Assembly: GCA_043228905.1 (NCBI GenBank) | Contig: JBHGNT010000009.1 | Location: forward strand, 8,804,001-8,868,000 | Direction of reading: 5' to 3' | DNA from: Azolla caroliniana | Lineage: Eukaryota; Plantae; Polypodiophyta | DNA: 64,000 nucleotides | Shown: positions 21,248 through 35,599 of the stretch, in pieces | How positions within the stretch are numbered: position 1 is the first letter of the stretch | Layout: each line of letters starts with the position of its first letter | Notes under the pieces: model-generated | Seen by the model: only the letters and a program-made list of their open reading frames with translations | Database searches by the model: none | Told to the model about the DNA's origin: nothing | Position numbers and translations under genes: made by a program

Positions 21248-22111
21248 AGAGAGGCTATTAAAGAGATTAGGTAATGACTAATGTACATATAGATTAGGAT
21301 TAGGCTATTAGGAAGTAAAAGATAAAAAAGGGAAATGGACTGTATAGAGAGGGCATTGGAAACTTAAGCTAAAGGTTTGGGGTTCAAAACCTAAAGGGGA
21401 CCACTCTCAAGCAATAATGAACAATACACATGTAGACAGATACATCTGTCTATTTATTCATCTATAATGTGTTTGTAGATATATGTATAAATAAATTTGA
21501 TGCATTAAATATACCCCCCCCCCAATTCATTACCCTGATAGGGAGAGAAATGGATTAAAATAATAGGCAGAGAGGGAAAGGAAGGCAAATGGGCCATTCC
21601 TTTTTTTGTTTTTTGTTTTGTCAGAATTGAATTCCTTTTTGGCTTTTATAGTTGGGCATTCTCTGGCATGATGCAGAATACAGTCTTTCTTTCTTTTATG
21701 TTGTTGTTTTGATGGCCAGAAGAAATTGAAAGAGATTTGGGTTTTCTTTTACAATGAGATATTCTTCTGCATCGTCTTTCATCATCATCATCATCATCAT
21801 CATCAGTACAATAATACATTGATAAAGATCTACTTACGAACCCAGAGCTCTGCACTGGATCCTTAATCGAGGCTTGTGATTTTCTAAATTACAGTAAGTT
21901 CAGTAGCTTTCTTTTTAGTATAAGCCTCATATAAGTCCTCTATCTCCCCCATGGATAGAAAAGTTTGGAAATTTGAGTAAAGGTTGTTTTGGGATCAATG
22001 GCATACATTGTTCTTCAATAGATCCTCACCTCATTCTCATTCTCATTCTCCCCCCCCTGTTTCTAAGACATTAATCCCCCCCCTGTCCCTTCTTTGTGAA
22101 TAGAGAAAAAG

Positions 22112-22361
22112 ATGGCCTCACTGACAAGAGGGGTGTCCTTCAGAAGGCAAGGGTCATCAGGGCTCAGCTGGACGGACACATGGACCTTCAACGAAGAAGG
22201 AGCATTGGTAAGGAACACCAAGGAAGAAGCATACACCAACAACATGGCCTCCTCCGGACATGTCCGCACCTTCGGGGGACCTTCTCTTTCGCGAATACAC
22301 GATCTGCAGGATGATGATGATAATGATGATGACAAAGATCATGATGATGATAACAAAGATC

Positions 22362-22393
<32 letters not shown>

Positions 22394-22572
22394 AACAATA
22401 ATGGCAATGACAATGGAAATGGGAATGGGAATGGAAATGGAAATGGCTATGGCTATGGTGGTGCCCACAACAATGGCAATGGTAATAATGCCCACATCAA
22501 TGGCAATGGAATTGGGGATGGTAATGATCATTCCGCAGGAGAAGATCATAAAGGCATCCATCTACCCATAGG

Positions 22573-22614
<42 letters not shown>

Positions 22615-22810
22615 AGTTCAATGCCCACCTTCCCCACTTGGTGGACACTTTGCGAGGAGCAAGAGCGTCGGAAGTGTGTCTATCTTATCATCGAATGTGC
22701 CGATGCATAACCACCACCATGTTATTAGTACCAAGCCGCCCTCTCGCAACGGCGCGGCCCGCCTTCTCAAGTGGTTCAAGAAGACATTCAGCAGTAAGCC
22801 CAAGAAATGA
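22112..22810 (+). CDS. MAPK-substrate (MASS / At1g80180-like) family protein, single exon, 232 aa, with low-complexity D/N/G/T insert
   Basis: N-terminal MASLTRGVSFRRQGSSGLSW signature; RSKSVG and PPS motifs; basic C-terminus; intact frame across trinucleotide repeats. Confidence 0.8.
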
Positions 22811-24714
22811 AGAGACGAGGAGTCCCCCCCTTCCCTACTATCAATGATTAGTATCCAATGGTTTGTATAAAGGAACTCCATTATCTAGCTCTAATGGGTA
22901 ATGGTTAGTGACTAATGGATAATTTGGTAATCTGTGGATACGAGTTTGGATGATCCATCTATCACTGGGTAATTTGGGTATAATGTGACCATGATGATTA
23001 ATGGGAGTAACGTGTCATATATGCCCAAGGGCATTGGGGCAATGTATCTCAAAAGTTATATGCTTATGATCCTCACTAATCACCACCACTATTCTAATAT
23101 ATGCCTCCAAGTTGTCCATTGGATTCATTCTTGCATCATCTAGTGTATCTAATCTCTGTACAAGACTATGTAATGCGAGGGTTTATTGTCTTTTCATGTC
23201 AATGAATCTGGCCATCATTCCACTGGCGAAGGGAGAAAAATCTGCCAGAACCTGTCATACATATATTTTTGGGAATTATTTTCCTTAACGTCATTAACCA
23301 ACATTGAACGATCAATTAAAGCCCTCTAAAACCCACAATTCCATTACTTAGTCATCACTAAGTCTAGGGAGAGCTCAACAACTGAATTACCTCTCTATCT
23401 TTAAGATTTCTAAGGACCTTAGCTTGTAATTTGAACTATGTTTAGCTATGTTTCATGCTATTTTTTTTTATGATGGTTTTGTATATACCTTCTATGTAAT
23501 GCAAGGATATGCATATCCTAATACGTGCCTTTTGGATATTACAATATTGGGTTTTTGCATTGATTTCTATGACTAAGTTGGACCATACTTTCTAGCATTT
23601 GGTTTATGTGACTATTTTTGGGTCTACATTAGATGTTGGCACTAGTTCTCCATTTCTGAGTATTCTAAAGTACAAACGAGCATGTGAAAGCTCAATGAGA
23701 GGTTGGCGATCGGCCCACCTCGACGTTATGATATTTTAAAGTTGGGGTGTAAGTCACAAGCTCACATGTGGGTTCTAGTTGGACTTTTATGTCGATAGAT
23801 GGTAGTTGCACTTTTAACACATGGCCCTAAGTTAGGGCTTTATCACACTGATTCTCAATGCAAAGCATTTGTTTCGATGTGTCAATTTGGTTAATGTATA
23901 GAACCAAATTAGCAAGTTTTGGTTGAGGTTGTGACCACCAAGATTATAGAAGCTTGATACATTATCAAGCATGAAACGCTAGCAACCAATGAACATGTTT
24001 ATGTAGATAGTGGTGTGCTCCTCAATGCCTTGAATATAACTAAGATTCATAGTGCAAATAGTTTATCAACATGTAAAAGGCTAGAAATGGTGTCATTACT
24101 TAGATAGGCAATGTATAGTATGTTTTGGTGCTTTTAAGTCTCATACAAAATTGTCTTTGGGGCATTTGGTAGCATGCTAGTTGTCATTGATGTAAGGAGG
24201 ATAATTTCGAGTATAAATGTAATAGTTATCATGAAGTGATCTAGGGTTGCTCGTAATCTCAAGAATTTTATAGCAATTTGGGATAATGTTGGCAAAAAAA
24301 TTGAATAAGCATTTGGTTGCAAGTAAATGACAACCATTCATGATATGAGAACCTATTAAAACATACGATTTATGATTGGTTTTTTGTTATTGAACTAATT
24401 GCAAACTTAATCAATCTCGAGATTACCTTAATATTTTATGGAGTGAGATGACGGAATAGTTAATGTGGAAAGTGAATTTTTAGCCCAATTGATAGTGTTG
24501 AAGCATCCAATGAGCAATTTTTGGGACCAGTGACACTATGGCAAGGAATAGAGGAGAGTGGAATAGTTGATGTGGAAAGTGAAGTTTTAGCCCAATTGAT
24601 AGTGTTGAAACTTCTTGACATTATAGACCATGCCAACTATCTCCCTCCAGAGATGGAGTAATTTTTGTTCTCCTCGGATTGCTAGGGTTTAATCTACGAC
24701 AACTTTCATTGTTG

Positions 24715-24960
24715 TAGAATACTTAGCATACAATATGTGTAGAATATGTATGCTAAGTATTCTAACTTATTTAAAAAAATTTAGTATATGTATTTTATAG
24801 TTAAAATACGTTAAATACTTAGAATATGTGTAGAATACTTGTAAAATACGTTAAATACTTCTTAAAATTAAACTTTTTTTTTTTCAATTTTTTTAAAAAC
24901 TTTTTTGAAATGGTAAATACTTGTTAAATACGTAGAATATGTCAGTTTTTTAGAATACAT
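24715..24960. repeat. 18-bp perfect inverted repeat plus an array of AGAATAY/AAATACG motifs (probable DNA-transposon subterminal region)
   Basis: TAGAATACTTAGCATACA 24715-24732 / TGTATGCTAAGTATTCTA 24747-24764. Confidence 0.5.
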
Positions 24961-26430
24961 GAAAAATTGAAAAACAACAGTTCATAGCTTTGCTACAAGA
25001 GTGCTCCTTTGATTCCATGAGCACTTCTTTGATCCACGAGCGAATGTTGAATCCATGAGACCCCTTTGAAAGCACCCATTCATTGCACAAGAACCCTTTC
25101 ATTGTGCAAGCTCCCATTTGATCTACAAAGGCCCATTGAACTCATGAAAATGATCCATGAGGGAATTACACAAAAGAAATCCATGAAGGGATTGTATGAC
25201 GTGATTCGAGAAAAAAAATCCGTGAAGCCATTGCATGAATGGATTGTTGGAAGCGGTTACATGAAGGTAATCCACAAAAGGATTGCACAAAGCTACTCCA
25301 AGAAGGGGGCTAATCCCACGAAAGGATAACAACGCACAAAAGGTTTCAAGAATCACATTGCAAGTATCCCATCAAAATCACATCTTCCCTAGTTCAAGCC
25401 CTCCGCAATTGTGCTTGATCCCATGAAAGGACGACAAGGCACAAAAGGTTTCAAGAATCACATCGCAAGTATCTCTTCAATATCACATGTGTTTTTTTCG
25501 GTAGGTGGTCGTATATATGCAAAAAGAAATCAAATGGCTTCAACAAACTCATGAGTCTTGTGAATCCTTTGAGTAGGTGTTATTAATGGAGTATGAATAT
25601 GAAGAAATGAGATAGAGATGCCAATATGGTTTTGACCAATGTGTGGCATGAAGGAGGACCTAGAAGAGGTCTCAAGGCATGTTCATAGAGTTTGATCATC
25701 GTTTTGCTCAACTCTCAAGGTGGATTAGAGCCTAGTAGGGGTGAGTAAAGTGCTTATGTTCATGAAGTTGATTGATCGAGATGAAAGGATGAAGATTGGG
25801 GTTTAATGAGAAGACAATGACGAAGTTGATGCATAAAAAAATATTAGAGCAAAGTAGAGAGAGTATGCCAATGGCATGGTAGAAGAGAAATGAGAATTTT
25901 TCAACGAAGACGAAGTCTATCAAAGGAGATCAATGAATGTGAAGTCGAGTTGACCTAGTACAATTGGAAGATGAGAGCTCACTAGGAAAAGGTACTATAT
26001 TGATACTTGATATGGATGACCACATTAAGAAAGTGTATGAGAGCTTAAAAGGCTTATCAATGTCAAAGAGAAGGTGATATTAGAGTTCGAATCGAGGCAT
26101 TAAAAGCTAGGAGAGGAGGGAGTCACCTCCTTGTTAATGGTGGTTGAAGGGGATTTGAGGATGAAGGATGAGGCCGATATGAAGGCCCAATTGTGATACA
26201 AACATGATATCGAGGGAGAAAGTGTGGAACATACCACCTTCTGGTCTATGACCATGTGACTACCAATGATGAGGCAGAACGAAAGGAAGAGATGAATGTC
26301 ATCTTGAAGTGAAAGACTTGTGTAAAGGGGAAATTCTCGAGACTTGGGTTGTGATGAGCAAGGATAGATCGGCCAGTGGGAAGAAAGCCATCCATGAAGC
26401 TTTGGGCTTGAGCCAAAGTAAGACCCAAGC

Positions 26431-26657
26431 GAAGGAAGGTGACGACAAGGTGAAGAAAAAGGAGGCCGAAAGAAGCATAGAAGTGTTCAGTGGGTGTTCC
26501 TCAAGAGAAGGAAGTTGATGACAAGGTGACGAAAAAGGAGGCTGAAAGAAGCATAGAAGTGTTCAATGGGTGTTCCTCAAGAGAAGGAAGGTGACGACAA
26601 GGTGAAGAAAAAGGAGGCCGAAAGAAGCATTGAAGTGTTCAATGGGTGTTCCTCAAG
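26431..26657. repeat. Tandem repeat, 3 x 76 bp
   Basis: GAYGACAAGGTG recurs at 26441, 26517 and 26593. Confidence 0.85.
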
Positions 26658-27627
26658 GTACATCAAGGGTGATGTCTAATATGATGAATGAGGTGAAGGA
26701 AAAGAATGAGGGATTGTTGGACATGCAACAAGACAAAAATCAACTAGATATGGTGAGGCTAGGCGATCGCCTTGTCATAACCTTTATATTTTTAATGATA
26801 GTTGTTTTCACTCTATCCATATGTCCTAAAGAAGCTTGAAATTTCTTAATAAACTCATCAAAAAATTAACTTTAAAATAAGCAAACTTTTCTTAATTGTG
26901 TAAACCAAGCTAGTCTTCTACTAATGAATAGAGTCTTGACAAACACTAATTGTGTCAAATTAGTTTGATATCTAATGGAATGCATTTGTAACATTCGACA
27001 CACGTGTTTTAGAGATCCTTGAAATTGTGGTCGAGTACCATCTAACTTCATAGGGAGACTTATTTTAAATAACTTCTTTTAACGAGCTTAGTGCTTCTTG
27101 TCGAATATGGGGATAATGACCGTATTCACATTATATCCCATTTGGACAAACTAGACTATGATCAAAGGGCAGTTTCCCTAGCTCAATTAGTATATAACTG
27201 AACTTGTAACTAGTTTGTAGGAGAATTTGATGCTGCCATTCTTTCAATTGTAACTTCTTGAATAATACAATTACACTATTATGTGCTTCTCTGTGTTTCA
27301 TTCTCTCTTACTTTGCATTTCTTGATCATGTTGAGTTGTCTCAGTTTGATTCATTTTGTTCTTCTTGTTTTGTCTTCATCAAATTGTAGTTCTTCATCTA
27401 ATAGTGTTGTTTTGTTTCCACCATCGACGACCCTGTCTCCAACATCTAGTATTAGAGCAAGGTTCATAAATCTATTGCTAGCCGTCATCAACATCCTCAC
27501 CAACACTTCTGGTCTCCCTTTTGGTCATTGAGGACTTCAAGTTTTATGAAATCACATTGAACAGATTTTCAGATTTCAGTTGGACTGAAATCTTTTGTCC
27601 GAAAACACTCAAGACTTCATGCTATAA

Positions 27628-30600
27628 TGTAAAGAATCAAGAGATGGATTCTTGTGAAACAGAAGAGATGTGAGTCATGTGTGTGTATGAGAGATAGAGA
27701 GAGTGAGAGAGAGACAAGGAGTAAGACACAAAGTATATGCAAGGTAGATTATATTAACAAAGGAGAAAGACTCGACACTATACAAGGTGGGAGGAGGGTG
27801 CTTTATATAGTCACCCTCTCTCTTCATTAACTACAAGACTCATGGAGCATGGGGAATGTGAAAGCTCATAAGTTATGTGTCATATAATATGATTCTATGA
27901 CTCATACTAAATGCTAGAATACAAAGAGGTGACATAATGGTGACTCTTGACAGTTGGAGTGTCCATTCACTCTCAAGGTGAGTTCACACACTAGACCAAG
28001 TTGAGCTTGATTCTCAACATGCCCCCTCAAGCTCAAGTTGGGTCTATTTCAGACGGTATCCGAAATCCGCTTCGACTCGCGTTCCGGAGTCCGCGTCGAC
28101 TCGCATTTATGCGGAGTTGCGGGATTCGTGCTCCAACTTGCGTTGTGCGTAGTTGCGAAGTCTGTGCTTCGGCTTGCGGCTTTCTTTGTGGCTTTGTGCG
28201 GTTGCATAATCCACACATTATTGCGTAGTGTGCGTGGTTTGCGGAATCCACACGTTATTGCATAGCGTCTTCAGTACTCCCCCTCAAGCTTGGCAGGTCA
28301 AGGATCGTCAATACGAGATCGGTCATGAATTGCCATAGCTTGTCGGCTCCTAAGGCTTTAGTGAAGATGTCGGCCGTTTCAAGATTGGTGCTAATGTGTT
28401 GTAGGTCGACATTGCCAGCTAGAACGCGCTCTCGGATGAAGTGATAGTGCACTTCGATGTGCTTTGTCCGCGCATGGAACACCGGGTTCCGAGCCAGATA
28501 AATACTGCTCATGTTGTCGCAATAAAGGGGAGTCAGATCCTTGATGGGAACGCCTAGATCCTTCAAAATCCTCTTAAGCCATATGGCTTCACATGCAGCT
28601 ACGGTTGTGCCCCTGTATTCCGCCTCCGTACTCAAAAGAGCGACGGTAGGCTGCTTCTTGCTACTCTAGGATATTGCTCCGCTGCCGAGGGAGAAAACAA
28701 ATCCGGAGGTTGATCTTCTATCGGCTTTATAGCCGGCCCAATCGGTGTCTGTGTACCCCTCAAGTCGAATTGGCATCGTGGTCTTGTAGAGGATTCCGTA
28801 ATCCATTGTGCCGCTCACGTATCGTAGAACTCGCTTAGCGCAATCCAAGTGAGTATCACGCGGTGTTTGCATGAATTGGTTAAGGAGACCGACTGGATAT
28901 TTGAGATCGGGTCAAGTGATCGTGAGGTAGATGAGACTCCCAATGAGTTGCCGATACTGAGTCGGTTCACACGCTTTGGTGTCGAAGTTCGCATCTAGTT
29001 TGAGATTGCGATCGAGCGGGGTTGTCGCGGATTTGCACTTAGCCATCGCGAACTTGTATAACAAGTTGAGGATGTAGTGCCGTTGAGAGATCACGATTCC
29101 GACCGGAGTCCGAATTACCTCGATGCCGAGGAAGTAGTGGAGCTCCTTCATGTCTGTCATCTCGAACTTGTCGGAAAGGAGGGATTTGACTTTATTGATT
29201 TCAACGAGATGCTCACCTCCAATGACTAGGTCATCATCCACATATAAGATGATGATGATCGGACTTGCAGAATTTCTTCGTATGTAGAGGGAGTTGTCCG
29301 ATTTTGACATACGGAAGCCGATTTGATGAAGATATTGCGTTATCTTCGAATGCCAAACACGCAGTGCTTGCTTGAGGCCGTAGAGTGGCTTCTTGAGTCA
29401 GCACCCAGCTTACGGATAAATGTGTGATTCGAAGCCAGGTGGTTGTATCATGTACACCTCCTCTTCTAATTCTCCTTGTTGAAAGGCGTTCTTGACGTCC
29501 ATTTGATGGAGGTGCCACCCTTTCACCGCGGCAAGCGCAATTACGGTCCGTACCGTCTTCATCTTTACCACCGGGGCAAAGGTCTCCTCGTAGTCAACTC
29601 CGTGCGTTTGGGCATAGCCTTTCGCTACGAGTCGCGCTTTGTAGCGTTTGACGGTACCGTCGGCGTTGTACTTCACTTTGTAAATCCATCTGCATTCGAT
29701 CGCCTTTTTGTGTGGTGAGGTGGGAACGAGATCCCATGTCTCGTTCTTGCGTAGTGCCTACATCTCCTCGTTCATGGCTTCGATCCATCGCGGATCCTTG
29801 GCTGCTTCTGAAAAAGTTTCCGGCTCGCGTACTGTTGCCACCTTCATCATAAAGGCGTAGTGGTACGCCATATAATCGTTGTAGCCGAATCGGCTTACGG
29901 GGTTCTTTTCACAGGTGGAGCGACAGAGCTTTTCATTTGCAGAGATGAGGGCTTTCTTAGCTCCGATTGGTACATCCAAGCCGCCGAACTCACTGTCGAG
30001 TGAGTGAGTCGACTCATTGTTGTCGAAGCGATCGTCTACGTATTCCGCCATTTTCGCCTTGCCTTTGTCCATCTTCGGGCTAGGCCATGATGTGCTTTGA
30101 TCGCTCAAAGGCTCTTGTGGTCCGCTCAGTTGGGTCGTGATCGGACTTTCTTCGAACATGCGCGTAAGGCGATCTTCATCCTCTATCTCTTGTTCGGCGG
30201 ATTCCGGGTCCAGCGAAGTCGGAGTCAGAGTTGTCTCTGGTGCGTACCAGGATGCGGACTTGTCAAAGACGACGTCTCAACTTACTCGAGATTTTCGAGT
30301 TGAGGGGTTGTAGCACTTGTACCCCTTTTGCTCCAGTGAGTATCCTACGAGGATACATTTCTCCGACTTCGGGTCAAGCTTTTGACGCTTCTTGTCGGGG
30401 ATGTGCATGTACGTTATCACGCCGAATATGCGGATGTGCGATAAGTCCGGCTTCTTTCCAAAGTATTTTTCGTGCGGAGTGACCTCGTGCACGCTAGATG
30501 TTGTGCACCGGTTCATAAGGTAGACAGCCATATTTGCAGCTTCGGCCCAATATGACTTGGGCATATGCTTCTCGTTCATCATGGCCTGCGCTACTTCAAA

Positions 30601-33130
30601 GATGTGCCGATTTTTGCGCTCGGCTACCCCGTTTTGTTGCAGAGGGTGTCGGCAAGTGAATTCTCGCCGAATTCCTTCCTTTCGGAGATATGCCGTGAAA
30701 TCGTCCGAGAAGTACTCCTTGCCGCCATCTGATCGGAGACATCGTACATGTCGGCCTATGGCTTTCTCGACTTCATTCTTGAATTTTTGGAAGTATCTGA
30801 ACACTTCGCTCTTCTGCCACATCGAATAGATCCAAGTGTGCCTAGAGAAGTCGTCGATCAAGAGCACATAATATCGGCATCCACCGAATGTAGCCGTCTG
30901 CGCCGGTCCCCATACATCGGAATGGACTACGTTGAATAGACCTTTGCTCACGTTCCGCTCTTCCGGGAATGGGTGTCGGTGTTGCTTGCCAAATTGGCAC
31001 GCTTCGCATACACCTTCAATCTCCTTCTCTTTGAATGTTGGGAGCTCGATGACGACTCCTTTCAATTTCATTGCTTTGAGCTTTTGGAGATTTATATGGC
31101 CAATCTACTTGTGCCATAACTCTATGTCGGAGTCGGCTTTCATGCTTTTCGCGAATATGGCGGATTTCATCTCGTGTGAATTGAGAATGAACATCCGGCC
31201 CTCTCTTCTTCCGTGTGCGATGATTCCGCCTTCTTTTTCGATGAAGCACCCTTCTTGGTCGAATCGTACTTGCATCCCTTGCTCAACCATTTGGCCGACC
31301 GAGACCAAATTCTTCGTGATGGTGGGAACATGCAAGACATTTTTAATGTATGTTTGCCTACCTCTTTTGCCAAACGGAACATTGCCGATGTGCCAAATCG
31401 GGTGTGTAGTGTCATCTCCGGTTTCGACATAACCGGGTTGCTCCGGCTCTCGAAGTTCGAGAAACCATTCTTTATGGGATGTCATATGGTTTGAAGCTTT
31501 GGAGTCAACAAACCATACGTCCTCCGGATTGAGGGCACTAGTTGAGGTAGAGGCCAACATAGAGTTTTCTCTATGTTTCATCATGAACATTCCGCCACGG
31601 TCGGAGTTGCGTGCATACATTCCGCCACGATCTTCGTAGTCGGAGTTGTTCCCATACATTCCGCTGTACTCTTCGTAGTCGGAATTGTGCGCGTAATTCG
31701 TGAGTTGTCGGCTTGTGGAAGACGATTCGCACATCTTCTTTCGGCACTCTTCTTTGTGGTGGCCGAGCTTTCTGCAATATCCACATTCGATTGTTTTTTG
31801 ACGGCTCGGGCCGGAGTGGAAGCTCCCCCTTCTTGCGAAGGTTCCTTGTTGGCTTCCGTTTTGCGGCCGGAATCGGGAGTTGTTATCGTAGGTCGGACCT
31901 CGTCCGCCTTGTCCTTGGCTGAATCGGCCTCTCGACCATCCGCCTCCTCTTCCTCCGTTCGAGTGCATGTAGAGCATGTGGCCTTCCGACTCATTGGTCC
32001 TTGTACGCACGTGGTTTTCTTCGACCAATAGCATTGATTGGAGCTCGAAGAAGGAGGGAGATTTCTCCCATGCTAGAACGGCGGTTCGCATCACGCCGAA
32101 CTGTGGTGCGAGGCCGCCGAGGCATATTTGAACCATCTCATCATCATTGATATTTACGCTTATTGAGCCGAGGGAATCGCAAAGCTCCTTGATCTTCAAG
32201 GTGTATGTCGTAATGGACATGTCCCTTTGTTGAATGTTGTTCAACTCTTGGCAGAGTTGAAGCCTTCTTGCGGTTGTGTTCGCCGCGAAAATCTTTCGTA
32301 GATTTTCCCATGCCTCCTTCGGCGTCTTGGCTTCGTGAATGTAGCCGAGCATGTGATCATGAACACATGTCGCCAAGCAATACATCACACGGCTTGCGGC
32401 TTGCTCCCATGTCGCGTATCCGGGAGCCGCTTCGGCGGGTCGGTCTTCATGCGCTCCTTTGATGTAGCTCCAATAGCCTTGTCCGACAAGGTATTGGTGC
32501 ATCTTGTACTCCCAAGATGCGAAGTTGTTTCGATCCAACTTCTCAGTAGGGAGAGCGCTCCCCATTTGAGTATTCACTATGTCGATTCTTCTTCTTCTTC
32601 TTCTCTCTTCGAATGCGTGCTACGTAGCGAAGCTACGATAGCGATGAGCCGGTTCTTGGTCGTCGGCGTGGAGCACAACACACGATCATGATGAGGCGAA
32701 TGGGCTAGATCGAGCTACCAAATCACTCTGATACCATGTAAAGAATCAAGAGATGGATTCTTGTGAAGCGGAAGAGATGTGAGTTATGTGTGTGTATGAG
32801 AGATAGAGAGAGCTAGAGAGAGAGACAAGCATTAAGACACAGAGTATACGCAAGGTAGATTATATTAACAAAGGAGAAAGACTCGACACTATACAAGGTG
32901 GGAGGAGGGTGCTTTATATAGTCCCCCTCTCTCTTCATTAACTACAAGACTCATGGAGCATGGGGAATGTGAAAGCTCATAAGTTATGTGTCATAGAATA
33001 TGATTCTATGACTCATACTAAATGTTAGAATACAAAGAGGTGACATAATGGTGACTCTTGACCGTTGGAGTGTCTATTCACTCTCAAGGTGAGTTCACAC
33101 ACTAGACCAAGTTGAGCTTGATTCTCAACA
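27628..33130 (-). mobile_element. Full-length decayed Ty1/Copia element: LTRs 27628-28019 and 32737-33130, TSD TATAA, PBS tRNA-iMet
   Basis: TG..CA LTRs of 392/394 bp differing at about a dozen sites; TATAA on both flanks; PBS TGGTATCAGAG 32726-32736; PPT GAGGGGG ~28022-28028. Confidence 0.95.
28255..32577 (-). pseudogene. Copia gag-PR-IN-RT-RH polyprotein, broken by stops and frameshifts
   Basis: Gag with CGYCRKLGHHKEEC; PR WFVDSKASNHM; IN HSDVWGP, RSDGGKEY, QNGVAER; [14 protein letters not shown]; RH STEAEY, RTKHIEVHYHF. Confidence 0.92.
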
Positions 33131-33339
33131 TATAAGAAGAGACACTTTGTTGATTTGCACTCCATATAACTAGATCACAATTCAAGTAGGCCAACCGGCT
33201 GGACTCCTTCTTGTGGTTGTAGTCACTTAGAGTGGAAGTTTGATCCAATTGGCACTATCCAGGCTCAATTAAGTTAGGCGACACTTAGACAGACCAATCG
33301 GCTTTGTCTCTATATTCACCATAGTCACTTCGAGCAAGA

Positions 33340-35372
33340 TTGACAATCAAATCGGCACCGATGTCGACGAACCGACATCTTATGAAGAAGCATCGGCATC
33401 TGTCGACTCAGCCACCTGGCATCTGGCGATGGAGTCCGAAATGCACCACTCCATTCGCGCAAACAAGACTTGGGACTTGGTCGAATTACCGAAGAATCGA
33501 CATGCTCTTCCATGCAAGTGGGTCTATCGACTCAAAGAGACGTCTGACTCGACCAACCCAAAGTACAAGGCCAAACTAGTTGCGAAGGGATTTCGACAAG
33601 AACATGGCATCGACTTCGACGAAATCTTTTCACCAGTGGTGAAAATGACAACCCTTCGTTTCATGCTCGGTGTCGTGGCTCCCGACAACTTGGAGTTGAT
33701 TCAGCTAGATGTAAAAACGACATTCCTCTATGGTGACCTACAAGAGGAAATCTATATGGAGCAGCCGAAAGGCTTTGTGGCAACCGGCTAGGAACATCTA
33801 GTCTGCCGACTCAAGAAGAGTCTCTACGGCCTAAAATAGGCAACCCAACAGTGGTACAAGAAGTTCGACGACTACATCCAGTTGGTTGACTTCTCAAGAG
33901 CGATGAGGACCATTGTCTCTTCACCAAAACAGCTCAAGACGGGTCTTCCGTCTTCCACATCATTTACGTGGACGACATGCTACTCTCTGGCTGACATGCC
34001 AGAGAGCTCACCGAACTCGTTCGGAAACTGCGGTTGAAGTTTGCCGTGAAGGACCTCGGTCCGGCAAGACACATACTTGGTATGAAGATTAGTTGGCATT
34101 GCGATACACGACAACTTTTCTTGTCTCAAACCGATTACATCGGACGTGTCTTGGAACGCTTCAACATGCACTCGGCCAAGTCTGCTTCGACCCCGCTCCC
34201 CATTAACCTTCGACTGTCTCAGCGAGATTACCCGACATCCGGTCCGGAGGGGGAAGATATGAAGTCGGTACCGTATGCACCGGTAGTTAGCTCCCTTATG
34301 TACGTGATGGTCACGACACGGCCTGATATTTCTCACACCGTAGGAGTCGTGAATAGATTCATGCACAACCCAGGCCGATCGCACTAGAACACAGTCAAGC
34401 ATGTGTTCAGATATCTAGCTGGCACAAAAGACCACGACGTTCTTTTTGGCCTGAACTCGAACTTCGCCGGTTACGTGGACAGTCGGAAATCAACAACCAA
34501 ATATTGTTTCAAATTTGGCAATGGAGCAATCTCGTGGAAGTCGAAACTTCAGGAGTGCACAACCACCTCAACAACCAAAGTGGAGTATGTAGCTCATTCC
34601 GACGCGGCAAAAGAAGCTTTATGGCTTGGTCGGCTGGCGCACACGTTTCGACAAGTCGACTTCAACTTGGCTCCAATTGTCTACAACGACAGTTAGGGTG
34701 TTGTTGCTTTGTCAAAAAATCCGGTTCACCACAACGCCTCCAAGCATATCAACGTTCGATATCACTTCGTTCGGGACTGCGTCATTTTAGGGAAAATCGG
34801 TCTCGAGAAGATATCCACAACCGATAATGTCGCAGATGGAATGACCAAGTGTCTTTCGGCGGATCGCTTCCGGTCCCTTTGGCACCAGATGGGCGTAACG
34901 AAAAATCAGTCCGATTAAAGTCGGACACACAGCACAGGATGGTTTCGGACAACCGACATCAGTTTTTTGAGGATCGGCTTCAACTCTTCCAACCCGACCA
35001 ATTTGGTCTTCTGTCTTTAAATCTTGCCGACTCGAACAAAACCGATCTGTCCGACAACCTTGTATATACCTGTAAGTTTAGTATAACCCATGTATACACC
35101 CATTACGGGGGAGTGTCGAATACGAGTGTATAATGGCCGTATTCACACTGTGCCTTTGGATAGCCCAAGTTTGGGCTATTTCTGTAAATAGCATAAAGGG
35201 CAGTTGCCCTAGGATAGTCACTATATAAAGGGACTTTGTAATCTTTAGTTAAAGGTTGGTCGGTTGTCATTTGTAACTATTGTTATTGAGAAATAAAAAG
35301 TTTCTCTGTGCCTATCTCTCTGTCTCTGTCTCTATGTATCTTGTTTCATTCTCATACACAGGTCCTTCAACA
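33340..35372 (+). mobile_element. Older Copia remnant: RT-RNase H pseudogene (to 34918), PPT ~35106-35113, LTR from 35114
   Basis: KYKAKLVAKGF, QLDVKTTFL, YVDD, SKHINVRYHF; GGGGGAG|TGTCGAATA. The LTR right end is uncertain; a related LTR-like stretch starts at 27099. Confidence 0.82.
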
Positions 35373-35599
35373 TCAAAGATGTTGTTTGTTCTTCCACACT
35401 GATGACCTTGTTTCACAACAACATTAAGGTCGATTGTCACGCCCTCAAGGTCAAAAACGAAAAAGCTCAAAGATCAGAGCAAAAGGGAAGCCGGCAAGAG
35501 GTCAATTTCGTCGGCTCATCAATCGAAGTCTTGTCCAATGACTAGAATATTCTATTTATTGAGAATTTGGCCGAATCAGAAGCTCTAGTTACGACTGAA

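Noticed and set aside
23460-24700. Possible decayed hAT transposase
   Set aside because: Only a weak PTLSQIAIKFL resemblance; too degraded to support a call.
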